From NCBI GenBank assembly GCA_002269645.1, contig NIVC01003703.1, positions 17,744 through 81,743 on the forward strand: 64,000 nt of DNA, read 5' to 3'. Shown here in pieces: positions 11,627 to 24,100 of the stretch. The DNA is from Macrostomum lignano (Eukaryota). The position numbers and the translations under genes were made by a program. The notes beneath the pieces are model-generated. The model worked only from the letters and a program-made list of their open reading frames with translations. It ran no database searches and had not been told where the DNA came from. How positions within the stretch are numbered: the first letter of the stretch is position 1; the number at the start of each line of letters is the position of its first letter.

Positions 11627-13039
11627 TCAAGACGCGGATAAGGTGTGGCCAGCGGCCGACATGCCGGCAAACAGCAGGCGCACCTGGCCAACATGGAGCA
11701 GGCAGCAATCAGCTGAGCAGTATTCACCGTCCCACTGAGGATGATCTACAGCCGGCTTCGAGCAGCCGTGTCTGGCGCAGAAACCGGCCTCTTCCGTAAT
11801 CACCTTCGGCTTTTTTATTGGCAGATTCTTTTGCTTTTCTTGTTTCTCTTTCTTCAATCTTTTCGCCTTTTTAACTTCGGCAGATTGCTGATGCTGCTTT
11901 GGCTTTCGCTGGGTTTTTGGTTGGACTTTAGCCGGTTTTGCTTTAGGCTTAGCGACAACTTCGCTAAGCTGGTACTGCGGCTCGTGCAGCTGCTGCTGCG
12001 GCCTGTGTCCCAAGTTTACTGGCACAGGCAGAGAGTACGGCTTGTTAGAGCGGAGCGCCGAACTCCGCTTTGCATAGGCAGCCTTGCCGGCCTGGCCCAG
12101 CCGCTGCCACATTCGTTCAATAGCCTGGCTGGCCTCGCCAAACGCCATGGCAGGCTGGTCGCGTTTCACCTGTGGCAGCGTGTCTTTAAAAAATAACGCG
12201 TAGGCCGATTGGACGGCTAAGGACGGAGCCGGGTGAGAGCCCTGACGATGACTTGTCAATAATTGGCTAATAGGAGCGTCAAGCTCGGGCTCCGATTCGT
12301 CATCGCTATTCGAATCTTCATCAGCAGAATCATCCTCATCATCATTGCTATCTTCTTCCTCATAGTCTTGAACGTAGTCGTCAACGCGACTTTGACGCGG
12401 TCGCTTCTGACTATTGGCATTGTTGGCAGAGTTGCCTGTACTGTTGACCGCCACTGAGCTGGGACGATTGTTGCCATTGGCAACAACTAGACTGGATAAA
12501 TCGCCGTCAAAATCGTCGAATCGATAACATTGGATTAGCAATGGTTGCTGCTTCTGCTGTTGCTGTTGTTGTTGTCCAAATTGTTGGACCTGTAACTGCG
12601 GCAGAGGTTGGTGCGACTGCTGTGGCAATTGCCTATAGGCCTGCTGTGGAATTTGCTGTTGTTGTTGCGACACTTGGCCACTAAAAGTTCGCTGCGGCAA
12701 TTGCTGCTGGTAAATTTGCGAAGGCATTTGCTGCTGGTAGGTTTGCAAAGAAATTTGCTGTGGCTGATAAACTGGCTGTGGCTGCTTCTGCTGATAGGGT
12801 TGCTGAATGGCTTGCTGATAAAGCTGTCTGGGTGCTTGCTGGTACAGCTGCTGAGGGATTTGCTGGGGAACTGTTGTTGTTTGTTGGGGAACTTGCTGGT
12901 TGGGATGCTGCGAGGCAGGTTGGTAAAGCTGCTGAAATGGAACCAGCTGACTTGGCTGCTGCTGAGCTGGTGCAGCTGGGGCTTGCCGCGGCCCAAGAAT
13001 TATCATTGGTGGAGATACACTAGACCGGTTGTTCTCCAT
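11627..13039 (-). CDS. TOX4: TOX/TOX4-like HMG-box protein (470 aa, apparently a single coding exon)
   Basis: HMG box SAYALFFKD...AFGEASQAIERMWQRLG..K..Y resembles TOX (SAYALFFRD..TFGEVSKIVASMW). C-terminal CARHGC...WDGEYCSADC resembles the TOX4 Cys motif (CxRSGC..WDNEYCSNEC). Q/P-rich N-terminus and an acidic tract. A splice near the C-terminus (CAG|GTGCGC) cannot be excluded. Confidence 0.8.
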   Translation of the reverse strand: MENNRSSVSPPMIILGPRQAPAAPAQQQPSQLVPFQQLYQPASQHPNQQVPQQTTTVPQQIPQQLYQQAPRQLYQQAIQQPYQQKQPQPVYQPQQISLQTYQQQMPSQIYQQQLPQRTFSGQVSQQQQQIPQQAYRQLPQQSHQPLPQLQVQQFGQQQQQQQKQQPLLIQCYRFDDFDGDLSSLVVANGNNRPSSVAVNSTGNSANNANSQKRPRQSRVDDYVQDYEEEDSNDDEDDSADEDSNSDDESEPELDAPISQLLTSHRQGSHPAPSLAVQSAYALFFKDTLPQVKRDQPAMAFGEASQAIERMWQRLGQAGKAAYAKRSSALRSNKPYSLPVPVNLGHRPQQQLHEPQYQLSEVVAKPKAKPAKVQPKTQRKPKQHQQSAEVKKAKRLKKEKQEKQKNLPIKKPKVITEEAGFCARHGCSKPAVDHPQWDGEYCSADCCLLHVGQVRLLFAGMSAAGHTLSAS

Positions 13040-14379
13040 GGCAACTGCAGATTAGTGCAGCCAGTGGTGTAGCAATTCAATTCAAATTCTTTATAATTGA
13101 TAGAAAACCATGCAATCATATAAATCAAAGTAAATTATTATTTATTAATGCAACCAGACAAATCTTGCATTGATTAACATAAATATAATTGTCAGACTAA
13201 TATATACATATATATAACCATTATGGTCAAGTTAGTTGATAATGCAATAAAGTCTTAATTGCAAGTTGCAGTGTTGGGTAACTTCCAGCACTTATGGCAC
13301 TCTTAAAGTGTTAGAAGCTATTTTATTGTAAGTCTAGCCCTACTAGCACTATATAAATATAAAAAATAACATAACTTTTTTGTGAATTTAACTATTTGCA
13401 TTTTTATGTTAATTAGACTTAAAAAACATTTTTATACTACTGTTACTAATATTTAAAACTTATTTCTAATATTTTCAAATCAAATCACTTTTACAATTGT
13501 ATAACTAAGCAAAGTAGAGAGTAAAAAGACTAACCTTGGTAGCCAATGGCCACATTTGGTAATTTTTTTGTATTAAAGATATAGGCCAAAGATAACAATT
13601 TAAATCTTATGAGATTTTTGTTCTATTTACTTTTAGAAAAAGAATACCAATTCCTATATGTCAATAATTAAAAATTTAAGAAGTATATCACTTTAGAATA
13701 TCCATTAAAAGTTAAAAAAGCAAAAAAATGATTTATCAATTTAATGCAAATTATTTATAGTTTAAAAATATTTATATAAATTTTAAAATTACTTATTACT
13801 GAAAAATAAAAAAAAATAAAATTGAAAAATAACTTTTTTTATATCTATATAGCCATATCTAATCCAAATATACAAAAAATTGATTGAAGAGCTTTGTTAC
13901 TTAGGTTTAAATGCAAAAATGATCAATGCCATAGTGTATAGTGAACCTAGTCCTAAGTGTTACCATTATCCATTGGTAATGACTAGGGATTTTAACCACA
14001 GGGAGTCTTCATTAAGGACTGTAGAAAATTTTAGGGGTTTTAACCTTGAGGTTTTGGTTTGGACCAAGGGAAATTAAGAATTAAAAAGGATAATTGAAGT
14101 AAATTTTTTGCTTTTAGAAGCTTTTGATAAAATTTATTATAATCTATTATAGTAGAATATGTAATTTTATTAGCAGGATACTTTCTAAGCAAAGTTGCTC
14201 TATGATTTAGCAATGACATTGTCAAAGCTAATTATGCTATATACCTACTTCAATCACTGATAATTAATAGGATCTTATTGTGAGCTTCAAGTTGCAAGCA
14301 AACTGTCATTCAAATATTATAACAATTTTTCTTGACAAAATGTATAGTAGATAGATAGACATATACATATATGCAAGCA

Positions 14380-14510
14380 AAGAGACAGATAGATACAAAA
14401 AGACAGACAGAAATAGATGGACATAAATAGATAGACTGATAGACATGATATAGACATAGATAGATAGACAGATAGATCAACAAGCATTCAAGTAAAGGCA
14501 GATAGGAGAA
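14380..14510. repeat. Degenerate (GATA/GACA)n microsatellite
   Basis: Visible tetranucleotide repeats. Confidence 0.7.
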
Positions 14511-17294
14511 TAGATAAGTACTCTATTAAATCACATTTTCTAAAATGGTATTTAAAAATGTGTTTATTTTGTATATTTTTTCTATTACTGAGTTTTACAC
14601 TGTGATATTATTATTGTACTAGCAGTTACATAGTAAAATATATAGTCAAAGCATATACTTTATGTATATCATAGGTAATGTCATTGATGTGAAAACTGAC
14701 AAACTTGCAATTGTAAAAAAACAAAACTGTATCAATCAACAATATATTATCCTCTAGTAATCACCCTCTTATATAGCATCTTTATATTAGCTGCCTATAG
14801 CTATTTTTCTTCTAGCTGCTAAAACCAATGCAATGCAGCTTGATTAATTTATTCATAATTTGCAAAACTCCTCTTGGAAAAGCCTGCTTTTGTCTTTTAG
14901 CCATTTGAACAAAAATCTATTATACAAGTTAAAGTCTAGGGCTCTAGGCTATAAGGACTCTGCTAGAGCAGATTCATTCACTGTCTAGTCTTATTAGAAT
15001 AAGTGTAAAAAACCTGCAAATGCACTATGAGCAATATTGGGTCTAAAATTATAACTCAAAAATATGATATAACATAGATCATATTAACTTTTTGCACTGA
15101 ATACAAACATAGTACTAATTTAAATTAGATAATGAAGCATTTAGCTTTAATAAAACAGTCATAGTTATTCCTGCTACTTACTTAAAATTGCACCGCGCTA
15201 TAATACTACTTGCCTTCATTCTAGTGTCTAGTCTTAATATGACACCTGAAAATTTTAAAATTACAACAGATGGTCAGATAAGGCCTTTTTTGTCTACTTA
15301 TTCCAATAGGGCTATCTAGCCAGAAAATCTTCAAGACTACAATAGCCTTACATATATGTGGTTATGTGTTGTCTATTCAATGCTAGGAAATATTAGCATA
15401 TAGACTATAATACTCACTTTAGATTAGGCCTATATAATATACGCCTGAAAATTTGGGCGTGCATTAGTTGTGAAACACTGGCTCAACACTAGTGTAGCTT
15501 TGAGAATATAAGTGTGTACTCAAAATTTCTTATGTGTATATTTGTAATTATTTAATTTGATTTGGGCATGCAATGTACCCTTGTACCCACTACCTAGTAT
15601 ATATGATCTAGACTATGGCTAGGGCCTACAATAGACCTAAAAATAGGCCGATGCTTTCTATATTATATATTTGGAATACCATGTCCACAATTATAATAGC
15701 TATGCCGATTATAAATTTGTGCACTACTATGCCAGAGTATGATTTAGTATAGCTATAAGCTATAGTGGTATCATTGTATGCCAAAATTTCCTAGTGTACA
15801 TATAACATTTGGGAGTAGGCCTAGGGAGTTAAGAGACAGACAATGTCTTTGTACTTATATTATAAGCAAAAGATAAAAAATAATAAATCAAATGAAATGA
15901 AAAAAACACAGAAAAATAACCTTAATTAAAGACGCATATATATTAGGTCTTTAAATTAGATCATCTTTTATAAGATACTTACAGGCTACTAATGTATTTT
16001 ATGGCCTAAGTCAAGTTATCATTATTTTCTATCTAAATCTAAAGAAGCCTAATAATTCAACTGTTGCAATTTTAGATAGGTCTATGTGACTTGGCTATAT
16101 AGAATGTGTAGCTGCCTTTATTGGGTTTAGTTTATTGCAAAGGAGGCTATACATTTTTATGACAAAGGTTAAGCTGTGTAAAGGTTTAGCTACAAAGTAA
16201 ATAATATTGTTATTTATCGTATATTCAATCAATATCTAACAAACAAAAACATTTACTAGATTCAAAAGTACGTAAATGACACTACTAAATGCTATGTTGT
16301 ATGTATACCATTTTAAGTTATATACTTCAAGTAGTTAAGTTAAATTATTAATATTATCTCAAGTCATTTTAAGTTATTTTAACTACTCGAACGCACCCTT
16401 GGTCCGTAAAAAAGAGATAGTGAAATAGGGATTAATTAAAAACAAACCAGCAATATATTGTGTACTTAAAAAAAGTAAGTACGTTGAATATCTTCCTAAT
16501 TTTTTAATTTTTTAGAAACGTTTTTTTGTTTTAAGGTTTAGTTTCTTATAAATTGGATTAAACGAACAGTGTATAGAAATTGTCGAGTTCGCGCCCGAGT
16601 TACGTCTAGTGCTCTAGACATATGAAGCTGTAATTCTGAATGGCGACATTTCTACTTAACTTTTAAGATTTTAACTGATGCCAAAGATTTTACTTCTTAT
16701 TAATATTAGCCATATACTTTTAAATGGCTAATATGGCTATAGCTTCAAAAAGTCTAATAAGATAATTTAGCCTTTAGAAAGGGGCCTTTCTTAGGCTTAG
16801 GCTAAGCTAATTTTGTGGTAACAATATTGAATGTCAGGATGTGTTATGACTCGTGAGTAGATCAGAGAATTAATTAATCTTAATATGTAGTGGCATAAAA
16901 ATTTACAGAAAGTAGAACTATTAGTAAAATCTGTTGTCTTGTCACCACTAGCTAGAAGCTAGTGCTGCCACTTAATAAGCTAAGTAATAATAAAAGGCCT
17001 AGGCCCTACTATTATTAATAAGGTAGGCCTAGTTGATATATTATGATATATTTACTATTTAGCAAAGTTTTTTATTTTAAATTGGTTGGTTGCCATTTTT
17101 CTAAATAAAAAACTTAATAATTTCCTATAGCATGAAGTTAATCAAAATTCAATTAGGCCTAAAGAAGGGTTTTTTAATTCAATGCAAGTCAGTATACAAA
17201 ATGCAAATTTAAATTGTCTTTCTAATGACAATGACAGCCATTTGTATTGAACTTTATAATTGCCATGCTTGCATATCTAATATACTAAAAGTCC

Positions 17295-18044
17295 TCCTAT
17301 ATACTAAAAATGAGTTGTCTGTGGGTAGGTAGGTAGGTAGGCATGCGATAGATTTCAGAAAAAATGGCTCAACCAATTTTCTTCAAACTTGCACCATTCG
17401 ATCAGAAATTTTCCTGGGACGGTACATGCATCTTGGCTAAGAAATTGCTCAATGTTAAAGGGATTAAATATTTGAAAAACAAATTGAAGGCCAATTCAAA
17501 ACATATTTGAAGGCCTTTTGGCTCTCTATGAGAATTCCACCCTTATGCCACCAAAAGCTATAATAAAGTTATTTCTCCTTAACAATTCTACTCGTTATTA
17601 ATTGTCTTTCTACTGGTAGCGCATGTACTTCTATTGGTAGCGTATGTACTTCTATTGGTAGCGTATGTACTTCTATTGTACTTTCTGGCCTGAGCGGTCT
17701 AATAGCACTGTCTATTCTATTCTTATATTCCTCTAAAGATATTATTCTCTCAGTCCTGGGCGTTCCCTGGATCAGAGGGTCACAGCTTATGCTCTTTCTC
17801 TGCCCTGAGGCGATCTTTCCCTCACTCTGAGGCGGTTCTCCTACCCTGAGGCGAATTTACTATTACTGCCCTAAGGCAATCTCTCGCTGTTAGCGATCTT
17901 CTCCCAATTTGGGGGTAATACTTGTAGAAATGAACAATTCAAAAAAGAATGCTTTAAAGACTTCTTTTTGAGTGAAATTATTGCTTCAATATTATTCGAG
18001 CGAGCGAATGAAGCGAGCAAGTTGCTCTTCTTGGCCCCATCTAG
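17295..18044 (+). mobile_element. Non-autonomous Helitron/HINE-like element
   Basis: 5' TC..TATATACTAAAAATGAG followed by a (GTAG)n microsatellite and the ATTTCAGAAAAAATGGCTCAACCAATTTT motif recalled from animal Helitron/DINE-like elements. 3' hairpin GAGCA-AGT-TGCTC lies ~13 nt before a terminal CTAG. The canonical flanking T is missing. Confidence 0.55.
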
Positions 18045-18339
18045 GCTCCTATTTATACCATTTCGTATATATATTTAAAACAAACTTTGATTTTCTACAA
18101 TATTATTTGCGCACACAACGTTAAAACAAAAATATTACCATTTGGCAGAAATTTGAATATGGTAATTTCTAAGAAAGCAATTGTTCGCGTAGACTAAAAA
18201 TAAAGCCATATTTCATACTGTAAAGCAGATATATTACACTGCCTCACTACTATGTTTTGCTTGCCACTTATTTGTTTGTACCTATTAAAATGCAAAATCT
18301 ACAATGGAATTGGAATGGAATATGGCCTAGCATAGTAAA

Positions 18340-18790
18340 ATATGGAATCTATAGTAGAATGGTAAATTGTAGACTAAATTGTTGATTTTACTAACTTTAA
18401 GTAAAATGCAAATATAGGGTAGCTAAGTGGACAATGAACTATATTTATAATCTTACAATAATAAAGCCTTCAAAATTTGACCAAACTACTGAAAAGAAAA
18501 TTATGATAAACTTTTTAATACCTATTAACCATAGGCCTATTATTCACAAGAGTACCTATATTCATTACTTTGAGTAGGCCTAATAGATGCTACTATTTCT
18601 AGTTCAGTTTGGTTTAATATAGAATCATTTTAAAAATTATCTTATATATCTTTTTCATAGTTAAATTACTATAAGCATAGCTATATATATTAAAATATAT
18701 AATTCTTTGATTCCTATATTTTGCATTTTACTTCAAGTTTATAGATTCTACAGTTGATTCTATAATAATTTACTATTCCACCGAGGATTT
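18340..18790. mobile_element. Degenerate foldback/MITE-like remnant
   Basis: AAGTAAAATGCAAATATAGG (~18399-18419) is nearly the reverse complement of CCTATATTTTGCATTTTACTT (~18713-18733). Weaker inverted similarity extends outward about 50-60 bp. Confidence 0.4.
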
Positions 18791-18827
18791 TGACTGCAGA
18801 TTCTGCAATTTATTAGGTACCCCTTTT

Positions 18828-19102
18828 CCCTATTGCAGCCAAGGTCTGAACCGCGCCGGACGCCCCCCTTTCCTGCGCCAGACATCTATCCGTACCGCGC
18901 CAGGGCCAGTCCCCAGGATCAGTGATTTGGTTCAATTAGTCAGTCCTCCCCTCCCGCACCCCTCTCCCATGCCCCGCGCCACGCCGCCGCCACACGCCAC
19001 GCCACCGCGCGCCGCCGCCACGCGGCCGCCGCGCGCTGCGCCGCCGCCAGGCCAATCCGCGCCGGACGCCGTCCACGAAAATGGCCATTGGCTGCAATAG
19101 GG
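18828..19102. mobile_element. 275-bp GC-rich MITE / non-autonomous DNA transposon
   Basis: Perfect 15-bp TIRs (CCCTATTGCAGCCAA at 18828-18842; TTGGCTGCAATAGGG at 19088-19102). Exact 8-bp TSD CCCCTTTT at 18820-18827 and 19103-19110. The subterminal motif CCGCGCCGGACGCC occurs at 18851 and 19057. Confidence 0.88.
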
Positions 19103-21109
19103 CCCCTTTTTGTATGCTAATATGATTATATTTATTTTGTTTGCCATGAAAATGTTTGAGTCTATAAGCCATATTAATATTTATAAGAACTTGGAATTCA
19201 AAATTCACTAAGTTTTAGTCTTGCTAAGGCCAATATACTGTTTGATTGATTTTTATATATCTTTTAGATCTTCTTTAGTAAAATAGCAACTGAGTTAAGA
19301 AAAGGTTCATAGCTTATCAAATTTAGGTTAGACAATATAAAGACAATTTGCCAGTTGTAAAATTATTGTTATAGGCTATAATATTTATGAGGCTATAGTA
19401 TTTGGGCTAGCTAATTAAAATGTAAAGGTAAAATACATTGTGCATCAGACGTTAAAAGTAGAAAGATATCAAGTTAAAGTGTAGGTTAAAGTAAAACAGC
19501 CTTGTTACATTGCAGAAGATCAATTGCAATAAGACAACTAGCCTAAATAGCTATTTATACAGCTTATAATATAGCACTATGACATTTGCCACCTTAATTT
19601 GAATGTGGTATTAGTAAAGGTACAAGGCTATAAAGCCCTAGTAGGGTTATGCTCTGCTAGGATGCCAGTTAGAAAAAATTCATATATGCAGTAATAAGTC
19701 TTTTCAATCTTAAGTGCTAACCCTTAAAAACATTGTTCATCCTGTCAATAAGCAGGTATACTAAGAAAGACTAAACACTTTACTGATAGAATATAGCAAC
19801 CATGTTGAATTGTTATAGTTGTATAGGTCTATAAGTGCCTATGATATTATCAATGGCCACAGGCCTTCCAATGAGCTTTAATTTTGCCAGATCTGACAAA
19901 TAAGACAAGGCTAAGATAAGGCCATTAGCTATCTGCAAAAAGTGTGCATAGGTCTATATGTTGCATATGCTAGGATAGAGGGCAAATTCTGCAATAAACT
20001 GCTTGGCCATAATGAAAGATGTAGCCATTTAGTTCCACATTTAGGAAGGCTCCCAAGGTGCCTATCAGGCTGCAAGTTCAAAGTCTAACATTGCATGTAT
20101 GATAGCAGCTTCAATAAGCATGCAATGAAGAGCAGTAGATATAGCCACATAACCAGCTACTGTGTGTTTAGACATTATTACCTAAGCAAATGCATAGATC
20201 TATCTTGTTCCACCAGATTTAACTGTACCATGTGTTGCTATATAATTGTACAAATGGTTCCTTAACTATACTGAATATCCTATCAAGAAACCAGTCCATG
20301 TAGTATAATAGTGCATTCAGCTACTCAGGACTTGACAGCACAATGTGCTTCTTCCTTTGTCTGTGCAACTGCCATATCTGCATGCAGAAAAGGTTGAGGG
20401 ATATAATTGAAAGCTAAGGTTGAGAGCTATAATGCAAGTGTTGCTGGGTGCTCATGCTGTTGCCTTTGCTTTTATCAAAGCCTATTTGCATGATATGCTA
20501 ACTAGTCTAAGTTTGGAGGCAAGTATATTTAGAGCTTAAGTTCAAATTAGCTTAAGAAGCCAAAAAGAATAAGAATCAAGTTGAAAATAGGGAAAAATAA
20601 GTTACATTTTTTAGTCCAAACTAAGTCATAATCCTAGTGTAATTTCAACTAAAACACAAAAGCTGTTTGTATTTGCAGTAACTTCACTTTTATACTATTG
20701 TTGAAAGGGGGATTTTAGTTACTAATAAAGTAGCAACTGCACAATGTGAATCGAACATACATGTGCAGCCTCCCTGGTTTACACTGGCTGTGCAACTTAC
20801 TTTTTGATAAAAATGAGACTTGCCTATGAAAGACACCTAAGCAAAATTACCGGTTTTCGGGTAAATGACAGGCGTAACTATAGATGTACTATCTAGGCTA
20901 AATACCTCGTAATTAGTACCACGTCTGTATTTATTCTGGTAAGCATTTTTGCGACTTACCTTTAATCTTCATTTCAATGAAACTACCAACGACAATTTGC
21001 AGTCATCCCCGCCTATTGAATCTGTTTAAGCTGGACTGCTCTACTAAATCAAAGTCCTATCTGCTAGCATAGTAATTGCTAATTGAAAGATTAACAAATC
21101 AATCTAAGC

Positions 21110-24100
21110 ATGACGCGTAGCCGTAAGCGAGCAATTAGCGAGACTGAAAACAACAACAATGCCTCCATGGCCGACAGCGGCGCTGGTGGCCCAGCCCGTA
21201 AAACTGCCCGCGCTGACACTGCCGCGGCTGCTGGCGCCTCATCGTCAGGCGCTGACTCGGCTGCTGTTGATAAAGTGCGACTGCACTTTAATAGTACGCC
21301 TGGTCAAGTGCTGACGCTGGGCGAGGGCGACACTGGCCAGCTTGGCCTGGGTGACGAAGTGCTGGGTAGAAAGCGGCCGGCCAAGGTTGACGGGCTCTCC
21401 AATGTTGTACAGGTGAGCCTTTTTCTAGCTTGAATTCAAGTAGCTCAAGGTTGAGTTGACAGGTGAGCATGATTTACAGGAGAATGACATTTATAAATTG
21501 TTTATCGCTAGATTGTGCAATTATTAGGGTTGAGAAGTGAAAGCATTTTCTGATGAGTGGAACATCATTATCGGGTGATATTGAAATGATTATTAGGTGA
21601 GTGAAATTATCGTGTCTGAGTGAAATGCTTATCGGGTCAGAGTGAAATGATTATCAGGTGAGAGTGAAATGATTATCGAGTGAGAGTAAAATGATTACCA
21701 GGTGAGAGTAAAATGATTTTCGGCTGAGATTAAATTGATTATCAGGTGAGAGTGAAATGATTATTAGGTGAGTGAAATTATTATCGGGTCAGAGTGAAAT
21801 GATTATCAGGTGAGAGTGAAATGATTATCGAGTGAGAGTAAAATGATTACCAGGTGAGAGTGAAATGATTATCGGGTGAGAGTAAAATGATTTTCGGCTG
21901 AGATTAAATTGATTATCAGGTGAGAGTGAAATTATTATCGAGTGAGAGTAAAATGATTATCAGGTGAGAGTGAAATGATAATCGGGTGAGAGTAAAATGA
22001 TTATCAGGTGAGAGTGAAATTATTATCGAGTGAGAGTAAAATGATTATCGGGTCAGAGTGAAATGATTTTCGGCTGAGATTAAATTGATTATCGGGTGGG
22101 AGATTAGAGGGAAATAATTAGTGGGCGAGAGTGATGAGGCCAGAGGTTGGAATGTATGCTTTGAGCTCCAACTCCAATCCCACAGGCAGTGGCAGGCGGC
22201 ATGCACACGGTCTGTCTAACAGCCGACGGTGTTGTGTACACATTTGGCTGCAATGACGAACAAGCGCTTGGCCGATCCACCAGCGAAGACGGCAGCGAAT
22301 ACCTGCCCGGCCAGGTTGGAGAGGGCCTGCCGGACCCGGCCGAGGATCCGGTGGTGCACATCTCGGCTGGGGACAGCCACACCGCGGCAGTGACCCGCAC
22401 CGGCCGGCTGTATCTGTGGGGCACCTTCAGGGATAGCAACGGCATTATTGGTAATGTTGGAAATCGGGGCGCTGCTGCACATTGAGATCTGTTCAAATCC
22501 AGAGTGCTACCCCTATACCCTGTTAGGCCAGAGTGCTACCCCTATACTCTGTTGGGCCAGAGTGCTACCCCTATATCCTGTTGGGCCAGAGTGCTACACC
22601 TATACCCTGTTGGGCCAGAGTGCTACCCCTATATCCTGTTAGCCCAGATTGCTACCCCTATACCCTGTTATGCCAGAGTGCTACCCCTATACACTGTTGG
22701 GCCAGAGTGCTACCCCTATACACTGTTGGGCCAGAGTGCTACACCTATACCCTGTTGGGCCAGAGTGCTACCCCTATACACTGTTGGGCCAGAGTGCTAC
22801 ACCTATACCCTGTTGGGCCAGAGTGCTACCCCTATATCCTGTTGGGCCAGAGTGCTACACCTATACCCTGTTGGGCCAGAGTGCTACCCCTATACACTGT
22901 TGGGCCAGAGTGCTACCCCTATACACTGTTGGGCCAGAGTGCTACCCCTATACACTGTTGGGCCAGAGTGCTACCCCTATATCCTGTTAGGCCAGAGTGC
23001 TACACCTATACCCTGTTGGGCCAGAGTGCTACCCCTATACACTGTTGGGCCAGAGTGCTACCCCTATACACTGTTGGGCCAGAGTGCTACCCCTATACCC
23101 TGTTAGCCAGAGTGCTACACCTATACCCAGTGAGGCCAGGGTGCTACCCTTATACCCTGTTAGCCCAGAGTGCTACCCCTATACCCTGTGAGGCCAGGGT
23201 GGTGCCTCTCCCTCAGGCCTTAACCTTCAGTAAATTATCCCCCTCTCAATACTGAGCTCTCGAACTGAGCGACACTCCTAAAAATAAAGCAACCTGCTCC
23301 ACCACTCCGCCATGCCCTCCAGGCCTGACCCGCGCCAAGGAGGTGTCCGCCCGACCAATTCAATTGGAATTTCCCGAGCCCGGCGTCCGAGTGGCCAAGA
23401 CCGCCTCCGGCGCCTGCCATGTTGTCTGCCTGACCAGAGACGGCCGCGTGTTCACCCTGGGCTGCGGCGAGCAGGGCCAGCTCGGCCGGGTGAACGAACG
23501 CCTGGCCGGCGCTCACGGCGGCCGCAATGGTATGCAACTGTTTCTGGGGCCGCGCGAAGTTCGAATCCGCGGCTCGCCTTATTTCACAGACGTCTGGGCC
23601 GGGGCCTACGTCAGCTTCGCCAAGTCGGCTAAGAAAGGCGCCATCTACGCCTGGGGACTCAACAATTATTACCAGCTGGGCACGGGCGATTTGGAGAACA
23701 AATTCTTTCCTGCGTTGGCTACCGAGTTCTCTGGTAAGCTTATGTTAGTGTATTTTGTATGACTAATTAGCTGACGAGGTATTATAATATTCATAAAGAA
23801 TTGTCATACTCATAAACCAAAAATTGCCCATAAACCACCCCAGAATCACCCATAAACCACCCCAGAATCGCCCATAAACCACCCCAGAATCACCCATAAA
23901 CCACCCCAGAATCGCCCATAAACCACCCCAGAATCACCCATAAACCACCCCAGAATCGCCCATAAACCACCCCAGAATCACCCATAAACCACCCCAGAAT
24001 CACCCATAAACCACTCAGAATCGCCCATAAACCACTCAGAATCACCCATAAACCACTCCAGAATCACCCATAAACCACTCCAGAATCACCCATAAACCAC

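Noticed and set aside
19500-20600. Possible decayed transposase ORF (a VAGYVA stretch on the minus strand; a protein-like frame on the plus strand)
   Set aside because: Stop-codon density is about what AT-rich random sequence would give, and no consistent catalytic motif was found. A tblastx/HMM search would be needed.
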